Below, in pieces: positions 53,923 to 61,059 of a stretch of DNA of 61,059 bases. The notes under the pieces were generated by a model. That model was not told the origin of the DNA. It saw nothing but the letters and a program-made list of their open reading frames with translations, and searched no databases. The translations under genes were made by a program, and so were the position numbers. Within the stretch, counting starts at the first letter, position 1. Each line of letters starts with the position of its first letter. This DNA is from a virus, in the IMG/VR virus record IMGVR_UViG_3300023247_000001, positions 1-61,059 of that record. One strand, 5' to 3'.

Positions 53923-53950
53923 TTGACATTCCCGCAGAGTTTGATAAACT
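53923..53950 (+). promoter_or_regulatory. Sigma70-like promoter of the opposite-strand moron
   Basis: TTGACA (53923-53928), 16-nt spacer, TAAACT (53945-53950). Confidence 0.5.
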
Positions 53951-53998
53951 CGGTTTGTACCTGAAAAACAGCCTCAACCAGAGGCATTGGAGATAGGA

Positions 53999-54493
53999 AT
54001 GAAAAGTTACATCATCGAAGCAATTGCAACTACGAAGAGCGGCTCCTATGAAGGCCCCGGCAAGCAGCAGTGGATTGCCACCCTCACCAGCCTGAAAGCG
54101 GCCAAAGCAAAGTACACGGAGATGTGGGCCGATTCGAGCATCCTCGCATTGCTTATGCTTGAGTGGAAACCGGGAACCATCGAACCCTCCAACCGCCCTC
54201 TTGAGCATGGAAACCACGGACAACGGCAATGCGATGGTGGATGCCCTACCCTCACCGTTCTTGCCCATGCCGACAAACTCTTTGTGCGCGGCGGAAAGCC
54301 ATGCGATCCGCAAATATACGCTGATTGCGTGGGCCATGTGCTCAAGATCGGTGGAGGGAACGGGTTCGCGCTGAAAGCGCGCGCCTCTGATAATTGGATC
54401 ACGAGCTACGGCGATGTGATCTCCCCGGTAGGCGGAAAGCGCGATCTGCGAATTCCTGCGCAGAAGAGCGTGTTCATCTCTTGTGTGCGCTAA
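53999..54493 (+). CDS. Opposite-strand moron, hypothetical 164-aa protein
   Basis: GGAGATAGGA RBS; third-position GC about two thirds by manual count; own promoter and downstream hairpin with T-run. Confidence 0.55.
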   Translation: MKSYIIEAIATTKSGSYEGPGKQQWIATLTSLKAAKAKYTEMWADSSILALLMLEWKPGTIEPSNRPLEHGNHGQRQCDGGCPTLTVLAHADKLFVRGGKPCDPQIYADCVGHVLKIGGGNGFALKARASDNWITSYGDVISPVGGKRDLRIPAQKSVFISCVR

Positions 54494-54547
54494 TCTCCGC
54501 CGCGCCCAGTCCAAGGGTAAGCGGTAGCGTCTCGGTTGGTCCCGAGG

Positions 54548-54575
54548 GCCGGTACGTAACCCGGCGATCATTTTT
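54548..54575 (+). terminator. Weak terminator of the moron
   Basis: GCCGG-8 nt-CCGGC followed by GATCATTTTTA; the T-run is on the plus strand only. Confidence 0.4.
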
Positions 54576-55065
54576 ATAAATTCCACTCTGCCTCCGTAGA
54601 CATTCGGGGTGCAGGATTAGCACGATTGAAATTTTCTAAGGCTCTCTGTGCGCTGACTAGTGCGGGAGAACTCAATGATGGAATATTGCCAGTGTCGCGT
54701 TGGAACGCTCTCTCGCGGGCCTCTAGTATCGAAGATTTCTCGTCCTCAACTGCGTTAGATAGCCTACGGCGCTCATTTTTAGTTTTAGGAGAGAACTTTT
54801 CTTGTGTTTTTTGTTCAGATGATGCCGGTTTATCTCCTCCTCTATTGATAAATGCCATCATTGATGCTACATCATGGATGTCGTAAGGCGCTTTCTCCTG
54901 ATTCTTCCCGGCAACGTGGTCCTTGACGCTTTGCGGTCCTTTGTCCACTTCGCCGTCTTTCATGTGGACGTGAGTTCCGTTCATGGTGATCCACGAGCCG
55001 TCTTCATCGTCAGACTTGTGAAGATCGCCCTGCACCATCCCAATTCTCGGATCGTTGTAAAACAT
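54574..55065 (-). CDS. Hypothetical protein (MFYNDPRIGM N-terminus; WITMNGTHVHM block)
   Basis: 163-aa ORF; Lys/Glu/Ser-rich C-terminal half. Confidence 0.55.
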   Translation of the reverse strand: MFYNDPRIGMVQGDLHKSDDEDGSWITMNGTHVHMKDGEVDKGPQSVKDHVAGKNQEKAPYDIHDVASMMAFINRGGDKPASSEQKTQEKFSPKTKNERRRLSNAVEDEKSSILEARERAFQRDTGNIPSLSSPALVSAQRALENFNRANPAPRMSTEAEWNL

Positions 55066-55067
55066 GG

Positions 55068-55661
55068 CTATTCTCCCGACTCCTTGATTCCTTCATCTAC
55101 CGCCTGTTTCAATCGCGCTTCAATCCATGCCCGGTTAGCGTCAAGAGCAGGACCCGCGAACGGACGCGCCGGGATTGAGACGTGATGCACGAGAACGAAA
55201 AGCAAGTGGACGATGCCATCCATGACGCCGAACATGTAGACATTGTTGCCCACGTTTGAAAAGAAGATCCGATCATAACCGGCGTCTGCTGCGTCCCGTG
55301 GTGCGAACCTTGCCACGCCTGCTGATGTGAGCGCGTCTTCCATGGGAATGGCCAGCATGTGGCCGTTGGTTGCATCAATCTCCGCGCCGAACTCTTGCGC
55401 GGGACCGTACTTCAAGCCCTTTCCGGCCATCATGCCCCCGGTCAGGCCGTGTTCATCTTCCTCAACTGGCATTGCCGCCATAGATGCGGCAAGGTTTCCA
55501 GACCGTCTCTTGAGTCCTGATTCCTCGAAGTGCTGCTGCCCGTAGCTAGCCAAGTGTTCGCCGATGTTCGCCAGTTGGCGGCGCGCGGCTGTTCTGATGG
55601 CAGGACCCATGTGATCCAACCGTGCAGAGAGCCGCTTGCCGCCTTCTAGGGTGATGTCCAT
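55068..55661 (-). CDS. HK97 gp10-like head-tail protein
   Basis: MDITLEGGKRLSARLDHMGPAIRTAARRQLANIGEHLASYGQQHF resembles the HK97 gp10 family N-terminus. Confidence 0.5.
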   Translation of the reverse strand: MDITLEGGKRLSARLDHMGPAIRTAARRQLANIGEHLASYGQQHFEESGLKRRSGNLAASMAAMPVEEDEHGLTGGMMAGKGLKYGPAQEFGAEIDATNGHMLAIPMEDALTSAGVARFAPRDAADAGYDRIFFSNVGNNVYMFGVMDGIVHLLFVLVHHVSIPARPFAGPALDANRAWIEARLKQAVDEGIKESGE

Positions 55662-55663
55662 GC

Positions 55664-56464
55664 TTAGCTGGCGACTGCTGCGTTCACAGCGTTGGCGTAG
55701 TACCAGATGCCGCCGTGGGCCTCCAAAGAGAGCTGGCTGTTGGCTGTGGCAGCAAGGGTCAGAATGTGCTTGTTGCCATTGATGACATTGGCCGGGGTTG
55801 TCACGGTGTGCTGGTTCGTGGTGGTAGTGATGAAGAGCAATTCGGCTCCATCCTGACCGCCCGCTGAAGCCGGGCCCGCTACCGGGGCTCCGAGGGTCAT
55901 GGCCGCTACGCCAGCGTAGGTTACGAGCACAGTGCCGGTGATGATGCTGATGACCGCAGTCGCCGAATTCACCACCTGATCGGGCGTCATCGCTCCATGC
56001 GCCAGCGTTCCGGTAGTGTTGAACGTCGGAGCCGCTGTTGAATCGCCAGAAAGCCCAGCGTCAACTACGCTCATTGTTGCCAGCGTATTCAGCACACCGC
56101 CATAGCCATTCGGCACGTTGGGGGTAAGGTTCGATGCAATCTTGCCCTGGTTTGCGCCGCCCGTCACACGGTACACGTCATAGACGGCACCGGGGATCGT
56201 GTTCCACGAGATGGTGTTGGATGCCGTAGCCGAGAGCGTGGCCGCGCCGGTAGTGATCGTGACAGTTGCGGGTACCGTTTGAGTGCCGAGCTTGGCGACC
56301 ACGGCATACGTGTAGTTGGTCGAAGCGGGGGCCAGTGGTACGGCAATCACCACCGGAGGAGTTACGGGCACAGCCTGGACCGCCGTCACAAGAGCGTTGA
56401 CGAGGTCTGTCTGCTGGGCTACCGCAGGGTTGGGCGACGTGCTGATGATGTTGAGATTTGACAT
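55664..56464 (-). CDS. Hypothetical structural protein (Ala/Thr/Val-rich, Ig/FN3-like segment)
   Basis: 266 aa; YTYAVVAKLG...ISWNTIPGAVYDVYR. Confidence 0.5.
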   Translation of the reverse strand: MSNLNIISTSPNPAVAQQTDLVNALVTAVQAVPVTPPVVIAVPLAPASTNYTYAVVAKLGTQTVPATVTITTGAATLSATASNTISWNTIPGAVYDVYRVTGGANQGKIASNLTPNVPNGYGGVLNTLATMSVVDAGLSGDSTAAPTFNTTGTLAHGAMTPDQVVNSATAVISIITGTVLVTYAGVAAMTLGAPVAGPASAGGQDGAELLFITTTTNQHTVTTPANVINGNKHILTLAATANSQLSLEAHGGIWYYANAVNAAVAS

Positions 56465-56487
56465 TGTTTTGTTTCTCCTTTTGGTGG

Positions 56488-57321
56488 CTAGACGGTTCCC
56501 ATACCGTCAGTTGGGAAAACTTCGCGGTGCTTATCCAGCATCGAGATGGTGGACGGATGCGCATCCTTCAGGAAGTAGTTGATCCGGTCAGGACCCACAC
56601 CAGAGCCCGTATCGCCTACTCGGGTCCTGTTCTTGAAGAGCAGCGCCGATTGCTGCATACAAGCCAATTGGAAGTCGTCAGGCACCATGTTCGCGTTGCT
56701 TGGCAGGACCGGAATCGCTCCCTCGCACCGCCAGAAGATGCCGTTGTCATTCGTGAGCGAGTTGCGCGTCTGGAGCCATGTTCCCGGCGCCGTTGCGCCC
56801 GTCGTGCCGCCGTTGACGGACTCATAGTAGAATCCGCCTATCTGAATCTGCGCGTTGGCCAGGGTGACTGCGGCCGCCGTCCATCCCGGCAAGGTCAGGA
56901 CCCCAAGCTGCCCCGGCGTCATAAACCCGCCAGAGTAGTTCAAAGTGATGTTCTGACGACCTTCCCAGAAGCACTCATCACGTAGGTTGATAAACCACTT
57001 GTCCCACGAAAGATGCGATGCTGAGCCGTTCGCAGATGGGAGGATTACGTGTCCTGTTTCCCCGTAGAATCCTGCCAGTACGACAGACGAGACGTTCAGG
57101 ACCGGATAGATCAGCGCACGCATTGAGCGCCGGCCATTCCCGTTCCGAACCTCGGCGAAGGTGCCCACGGCCAGGGTGCGCGATACGTAGCGATTGATGC
57201 CGTCTGATACCGCAGTGATGATCTTTGACAGTGCGGGATCTGATGCGGTTGTTTGTCCCAAAGCGGGGCTTATGTAGTTCTTCAGGTCCGTCAATGTCGT
57301 CAAATCAACCGCATGAGGCAT
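56488..57321 (-). CDS. Head-tail connector/adaptor-like protein (gp6-like N-terminus)
   Basis: LTTLTDLKNYISPAL...LSKIITAVSDGINRYVSRTL. Confidence 0.45.
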   Translation of the reverse strand: MPHAVDLTTLTDLKNYISPALGQTTASDPALSKIITAVSDGINRYVSRTLAVGTFAEVRNGNGRRSMRALIYPVLNVSSVVLAGFYGETGHVILPSANGSASHLSWDKWFINLRDECFWEGRQNITLNYSGGFMTPGQLGVLTLPGWTAAAVTLANAQIQIGGFYYESVNGGTTGATAPGTWLQTRNSLTNDNGIFWRCEGAIPVLPSNANMVPDDFQLACMQQSALLFKNRTRVGDTGSGVGPDRINYFLKDAHPSTISMLDKHREVFPTDGMGTV

Positions 57322-57326
57322 CTGAT

Positions 57327-57593
57327 CTACTCCACCTTGATGCGCGCACTCTGCTTGCCAGCAACCTTGACTTCGCCCGGAACTGGCAAGTTCAAGTCCT
57401 TTGCGTTCGCGGCGATGGCGTCAAAGTCCTCTTGGCTCACCGTCATGCTGACCGGCGAAATCGTGAAGCCGATAGCCTGCAACTTTGCGACACTCTCCTC
57501 TTGCACGGTCACGAACCCGGTATCGTCTGCTTGGTAGTTCCTGCCATCGACAGAAACCTGCGAATTGCCTTCAGGACACTGCAATCTGACCAT
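57327..57593 (-). CDS. Hypothetical small head protein
   Basis: 88-aa ORF; GGAGGGAATGAA RBS. Confidence 0.5.
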   Translation of the reverse strand: MVRLQCPEGNSQVSVDGRNYQADDTGFVTVQEESVAKLQAIGFTISPVSMTVSQEDFDAIAANAKDLNLPVPGEVKVAGKQSARIKVE

Positions 57594-57605
57594 TTCATTC
57601 CCTCC

Positions 57606-57646
57606 AAAAAATAAGGCAGGAGGCGTTTGGTTGCCGCCGCCTGCCT
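57606..57646 (-). terminator. Rho-independent terminator after the major capsid gene
   Basis: Minus strand AGGCAGGCGGCG-9 nt-CGCCTCCTGCCT (one mismatch) followed by TATTTTTT. Confidence 0.7.
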
Positions 57647-57667
57647 CATTGTAAATCCATCCGTAGG

Positions 57668-59260
57668 TTAGAACGTCTGGGTTCCCGTCGGCTGGTTGAT
57701 GTTGGTCAGGATGGCGAAGGCTGGGGCGAAGTACAGGGCGAACGTCTCATCGACATACACGCCGTACTCATTGCGCCGGGTGCGCAGCGGCCAGGACACT
57801 TGCACATAGTCCTGACGGACACGCGCTTCGAGGATGTTGGCCACGCCGCTCAGGGGGTACGGAGAGCGATCGGACCAGAAGAGAATCGTGCCCGGAGGCA
57901 GGTTGGGGTGCGTTTCAATCGGCAGCGTGTTGCCGTAGATCTTGTTCTTGTAGGCGTTGACCGTGCGCCCGGCAACGATCTGAGAACCGCTTCCCGAGTC
58001 CGCCTCAAACACCATGCGGAGGCTGTTGTTGGTGCTGGCCGTGTTCAAGAACTGAGAGATGTTCGAGTTCAGGTCGGTCGAGCTAACCAAAATCCGGTCA
58101 AAGCCAATCTTGTACTGGTCGTAGGCAGCCTGGAAGACGGCGTCGAACTCGACGATGCTGGTACCGGCAATCGTCAGGCCCGCATTGCCGCTGGCGCCTT
58201 GGAAGATCAGCGCGCCGGAGCCCGCATATCCGAGAGTACCGCTGGCCACAACGGGGAGATTCGGGTTGGTTGCCATGGCGGTGCCAGGAGCGGAACCGGA
58301 TACGGAACCGTTGATCTGGCTGAGGATGCCATCGGGAAGCAGGGTGTTGGTCGAATTGTCCTGATACGCGCCGTTGACCTGAAGAGCGGTGATCAGTTGA
58401 TTGGTGGTGGACGGGACCGAGCTGAACTTCGCCTGGTTCGTGGTGGTGATGCCCTGGAGCCGGGCCGCGCCGGTCGTGGTCCCGAAGTACCAAGCGTAGG
58501 CTACGGCGTTGACCACAGGCGTAACGGTTGCGGTGATGATCTGGCCGGCAGTCGGGGTGATGGTGGCCTGTGCCGAAGGTTGAGCCGATCCGCCGCCCAC
58601 ATTGGTGATGGTTCCCGTGGTGCTGGTCAGTGTGACCTGCCCAGGGATGCCGTTGGCCATGCTGCCGGTGCGCCATCCGGCGTGACTGAGGGCAACGCAA
58701 ACGAGGTAGTAGGGAACGTTGGAAAGCGCCGAAGTAGTGCCGGCGGCGGTCAAGGTGGGCGTGGGAGTGATGCCCAGCGGGGTGGAGGCATTGCCGCCGA
58801 TGAGCGTCTGCTCTTCGCCCACCATGACACCTTGCAGCGTGGCCTGAATCGTCACGCCCTGAGCATCGGGCTTGAGGTTGAGAGCGGCCAGCCGCGCTTC
58901 CCAAGACACGGAACCTTCGAGGCCCATCGTCTTGTAGCTTGCCAATTGGTCCTGAACCGTGATGGCGGAAGCGGCCGCGCGCTCGCCCTCGGGGACGCCG
59001 ATGGAAACGTTGTTGACATTGATGCCGGTGACCCTCTTCCAACGGTGCGCCGTGCCGCCATCGGCAGGGACGCGGGGAAGGCTGGAGATCAGCGGAATCA
59101 ACTGCTTGAACGGGTGCATTTCCTGAACGATGCGGCTCAGGTCGTACCACACCAGCCCTGTGTTCTGGTCAACAGTGTCGGCCTTTGCGAGAGTGCCGAC
59201 ACGCTCGTCAATGGCCTGCTTGAAAGTGTCGCTTTGCAGGAACTTCTCAAAATCATTCAT
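57668..59260 (-). CDS. Major capsid protein
   Basis: 530 aa; directly downstream of the protease/scaffold gene; followed by a strong terminator. Confidence 0.7.
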   Translation of the reverse strand: MNDFEKFLQSDTFKQAIDERVGTLAKADTVDQNTGLVWYDLSRIVQEMHPFKQLIPLISSLPRVPADGGTAHRWKRVTGINVNNVSIGVPEGERAAASAITVQDQLASYKTMGLEGSVSWEARLAALNLKPDAQGVTIQATLQGVMVGEEQTLIGGNASTPLGITPTPTLTAAGTTSALSNVPYYLVCVALSHAGWRTGSMANGIPGQVTLTSTTGTITNVGGGSAQPSAQATITPTAGQIITATVTPVVNAVAYAWYFGTTTGAARLQGITTTNQAKFSSVPSTTNQLITALQVNGAYQDNSTNTLLPDGILSQINGSVSGSAPGTAMATNPNLPVVASGTLGYAGSGALIFQGASGNAGLTIAGTSIVEFDAVFQAAYDQYKIGFDRILVSSTDLNSNISQFLNTASTNNSLRMVFEADSGSGSQIVAGRTVNAYKNKIYGNTLPIETHPNLPPGTILFWSDRSPYPLSGVANILEARVRQDYVQVSWPLRTRRNEYGVYVDETFALYFAPAFAILTNINQPTGTQTF

Positions 59261-59326
59261 CTCAGATTCTCCTATTGCCGAGTTGCTGACTAAAAGCTGG
59301 AACCGCTGTGGACTGCGCTGGCCGGT

Positions 59327-60964
59327 CTAGTTGCCGCCCAGGTCAATCTTGAAGTTGGGGTCGTTGATCGACTTCGCAAACCCGCTGCCAGGGGTGCACA
59401 TCAGACCGAAAGCGCGCGCCGTGGCCTGCTCAGAGCTGCGCTGGTCGTTCGGATCAGCTTCGGAGAGCGATTTGTTGATCATCCGGTTGAAGTCAGCCTT
59501 GCCGTCGCTGGCCGGGAACACATCCCCGGTAGAGTTGGCAACGAACAGCTTCGGGCGGCGGCCGGCGGAGGGCTGATTCTCGATCACGGACATCTGACCC
59601 TTCAGGAAAGCGTTGTCGGCAATCAGCGGGGCGGTAGCTTCGGCCACAGCGGCCTTGACCATCGTCGCAATTGCAGCCGCAGAATAAGGCGAGTCGCCAG
59701 CGCCGCGGAAGGTGTTGCCCTCCACTTCGCCTTCAGTCATGCGCCGCGTGGAAAGCTCTTCGACGTTCTCCGAATGAGGCTTCTCGCCCAAGTCGGTTTC
59801 CGCCTTCTCGCCATCCCAGCCAGTCATGGCCTTGCCGAGCGCAGCGTGAGCCAGTTCGTGATGGTCGGCAATGTCGTTCATGTGTCCCGAAAGCGCCGTG
59901 AGGTGCTTCTTGAACTCATCGCCGCCGTCGGCCGCCTTGCCCATGCACTTGTGAAGAGCCTCAAGTTCATCGACCGCCTTGCCGTGGGAGGCCGAAGCCT
60001 TCTTGATGTGGTCATCGGCCTTCTTGATGGCCGCCTTTTTCCCTGCCGTGAACCGCTTCTGGAGGTCAGTATCCATGATGGTGCTCTCCTTTTGCTTTGT
60101 GCTGCCCGGCCAATCGGCGGGTAGAAGGTGGGTTGCGTTCAGCGCTTTCGCGCGTGTGACGATGTGAGCCTTGGCTTTCTCGGGGTCCGATGCGCGGCCA
60201 AAGGCTTGGACGGCGTTCTCAAGATCCTTCACGGTCTGGACAGGGAAAGAACCGTCGGGAAGCGCTACCCCAGTGCTACCGAGGTGCTTGCGTTCCTTTT
60301 CGCTGAACTCCCGCTTCTCAAGGTCAACGCCGTCCGCAAACTTGGCGGTCAGAGTGGCCATCTCATCGGCGGTCAGTTCCTCGGACTCAACAGGACTCAG
60401 ATTCGTGTCCTGTGCGGCTTTGGCAAGGTCCGGGAGTGCAATCTTCCCCATCCCGAGAATCGTCCGGAACGTGTCAAGCGCCTTTTCCATCAAAGTCTCG
60501 TTACTGGTTTGATTCTCCATCGACCCTCCAAAGGCGAGCCCACCGGCAATCTTCACGATGTCAATGCGACAATCGGAGTTCGCCGGCCGGTCAACGAGGC
60601 TGATCTCTCGCAAGGAAAGCGCCTTGACCACATCGCCAACCTTCTCCAGTTTGGAACCGCCGATACTGAATCCCTTGTAGACGCCTTCCTTGCACAGCTT
60701 CCACGCAGCGGGATCAACGATCTTGGCTCCGATGTACAGCCCTTTGGCGTCAATGTGGGCCTCTTTGGTCACGCCAACGGCATTGTTGGTGTGCATGGTC
60801 CTGATGTTCGCCCACTTCATGTAGTCGGGGAGGGCGGCCTTGATGGCGTCCAGCGGAACAATCTCCCCTTGCAGGTCCTTCGATGGCGTTGAGGCATAGC
60901 CCCAGACCATTCCGCTCTGCGCGTCCACCTTCTCAATCGGGAGAAATACGCTGAAATCGTCCAT
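59327..60964 (-). CDS. Prohead protease (HK97/S78-like) fused to a scaffold-like C-terminal region
   Basis: N-terminal ~140 aa ending REISLVDRPANSDCRI; long helical Lys/Glu/Ala-rich remainder. Confidence 0.7.
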   Translation of the reverse strand: MDDFSVFLPIEKVDAQSGMVWGYASTPSKDLQGEIVPLDAIKAALPDYMKWANIRTMHTNNAVGVTKEAHIDAKGLYIGAKIVDPAAWKLCKEGVYKGFSIGGSKLEKVGDVVKALSLREISLVDRPANSDCRIDIVKIAGGLAFGGSMENQTSNETLMEKALDTFRTILGMGKIALPDLAKAAQDTNLSPVESEELTADEMATLTAKFADGVDLEKREFSEKERKHLGSTGVALPDGSFPVQTVKDLENAVQAFGRASDPEKAKAHIVTRAKALNATHLLPADWPGSTKQKESTIMDTDLQKRFTAGKKAAIKKADDHIKKASASHGKAVDELEALHKCMGKAADGGDEFKKHLTALSGHMNDIADHHELAHAALGKAMTGWDGEKAETDLGEKPHSENVEELSTRRMTEGEVEGNTFRGAGDSPYSAAAIATMVKAAVAEATAPLIADNAFLKGQMSVIENQPSAGRRPKLFVANSTGDVFPASDGKADFNRMINKSLSEADPNDQRSSEQATARAFGLMCTPGSGFAKSINDPNFKIDLGGN

Positions 60965-61059
60965 CTGGCTCCTGTAAACGCAAAAAGGCCCGGACGATTG
61001 AGCTTTGATAAGCCGTCACGTCCGAGCCAGATTGTTTCTGTACCCGTCGATTGAGATAT
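60933..61059. repeat. Terminal direct repeat copy 2 (circular assembly overlap)
   Basis: Identical to nt 1-127; contains the first 32 nt of the protease gene plus its leader. Confidence 0.95.

Noticed and set aside
53888-54586. 232-aa minus-strand ORF that exactly fills the gap in the leftward operon
   Set aside because: It is Arg/Cys/Trp-rich and looks like an off-frame translation, with no convincing RBS. The opposite strand has a promoter, an RBS, a well-composed ORF and a plus-strand-only T-run terminator. It is kept as the alternative hypothesis in the moron finding.
56984-56995. Remote copies of the switch operator core (GTTGATAAACC at 56984-56995; TTGATAAACC at 35406-35415; TTTATCAAC at 12790-12798)
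   Set aside because: Matches of 9-11 nt at single remote sites are within chance expectation for this length. Only the paired copies flanking the divergent promoters are positionally meaningful.
57800-59293. Long antisense or alternative-frame ORFs. Examples: 57800..59293 (+) 497 aa, 58098..59150 (-) 350 aa, 49841..50995 (+) 384 aa, 8175..9095 (+) 306 aa, 16495..17409 (-) 304 aa, 19143..19886 (-) 247 aa, 37475..38305 (+) 276 aa and 60128..60892 (+) 254 aa
   Set aside because: All lie inside genes with motif or position support on the other strand or frame. They are Arg/Gly/Pro-rich, as expected for spurious open frames in GC-rich DNA.

Overview
The first 127 nt of this window are identical to the last 127 nt. 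It therefore reads as a complete, circularly assembled dsDNA phage genome of about 60.9 kb. I estimate GC in the mid-to-high 50s percent by eye; it was not computed. All product calls come from motifs read in the supplied translations, and no database search was run.

Layout:
1. Leftward packaging and head-assembly block (12144 to 6469): small and large terminase, an RHH protein, portal and a Mu-F-like head morphogenesis protein.
2. Divergent promoter/operator switch (5181-5349). It drives a short rightward cassette (5350-6474) and a leftward run of about 15 small, translationally coupled genes (5180 to 236).
3. Leftward late block, continuing across the circular junction (60964 to 33769). It encodes a prohead protease/scaffold, major capsid, connector proteins, and a P2/Mu-type contractile tail (sheath, tube, tape measure, gpU/X/D/V/W/J/I). 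It also encodes two tail-fibre-like proteins and a lysis cassette, and is followed by a 1012-aa strawberry-notch-like helicase.
4. Rightward replication, recombination and DNA-modification block (13885-30578). It encodes T5orf172 and PAPS-reductase-like proteins, a hexapeptide-repeat protein, a Cas4-like nuclease, a Rad50-like ATPase and HNH nucleases. It also encodes a cold-shock protein, DnaB, an SNF2 helicase, a C5 methyltransferase and an SPPF-type methyltransferase.
5. Accessory island between the divergent arms (12341-13495), carrying dps and what reads as a circularly permuted two-piece tmRNA gene.

Main observations beyond ordinary annotation:
- The permuted tmRNA gene.
- Three paralogous leader cassettes of about 95 nt (-10-like box, GACGGGTACAG box, covarying terminator hairpin), one in front of each late operon.
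- A roughly 5-fold excess of GTCCTG/CAGGAC across the genome, with three motif-free stretches that coincide with likely recent acquisitions.
- A near-perfect 13 x 18 bp in-frame tandem repeat.
- An opposite-strand moron with its own promoter and terminator inside the head-tail operon.

No integrase, CRISPR array, tRNA or reverse transcriptase was seen.
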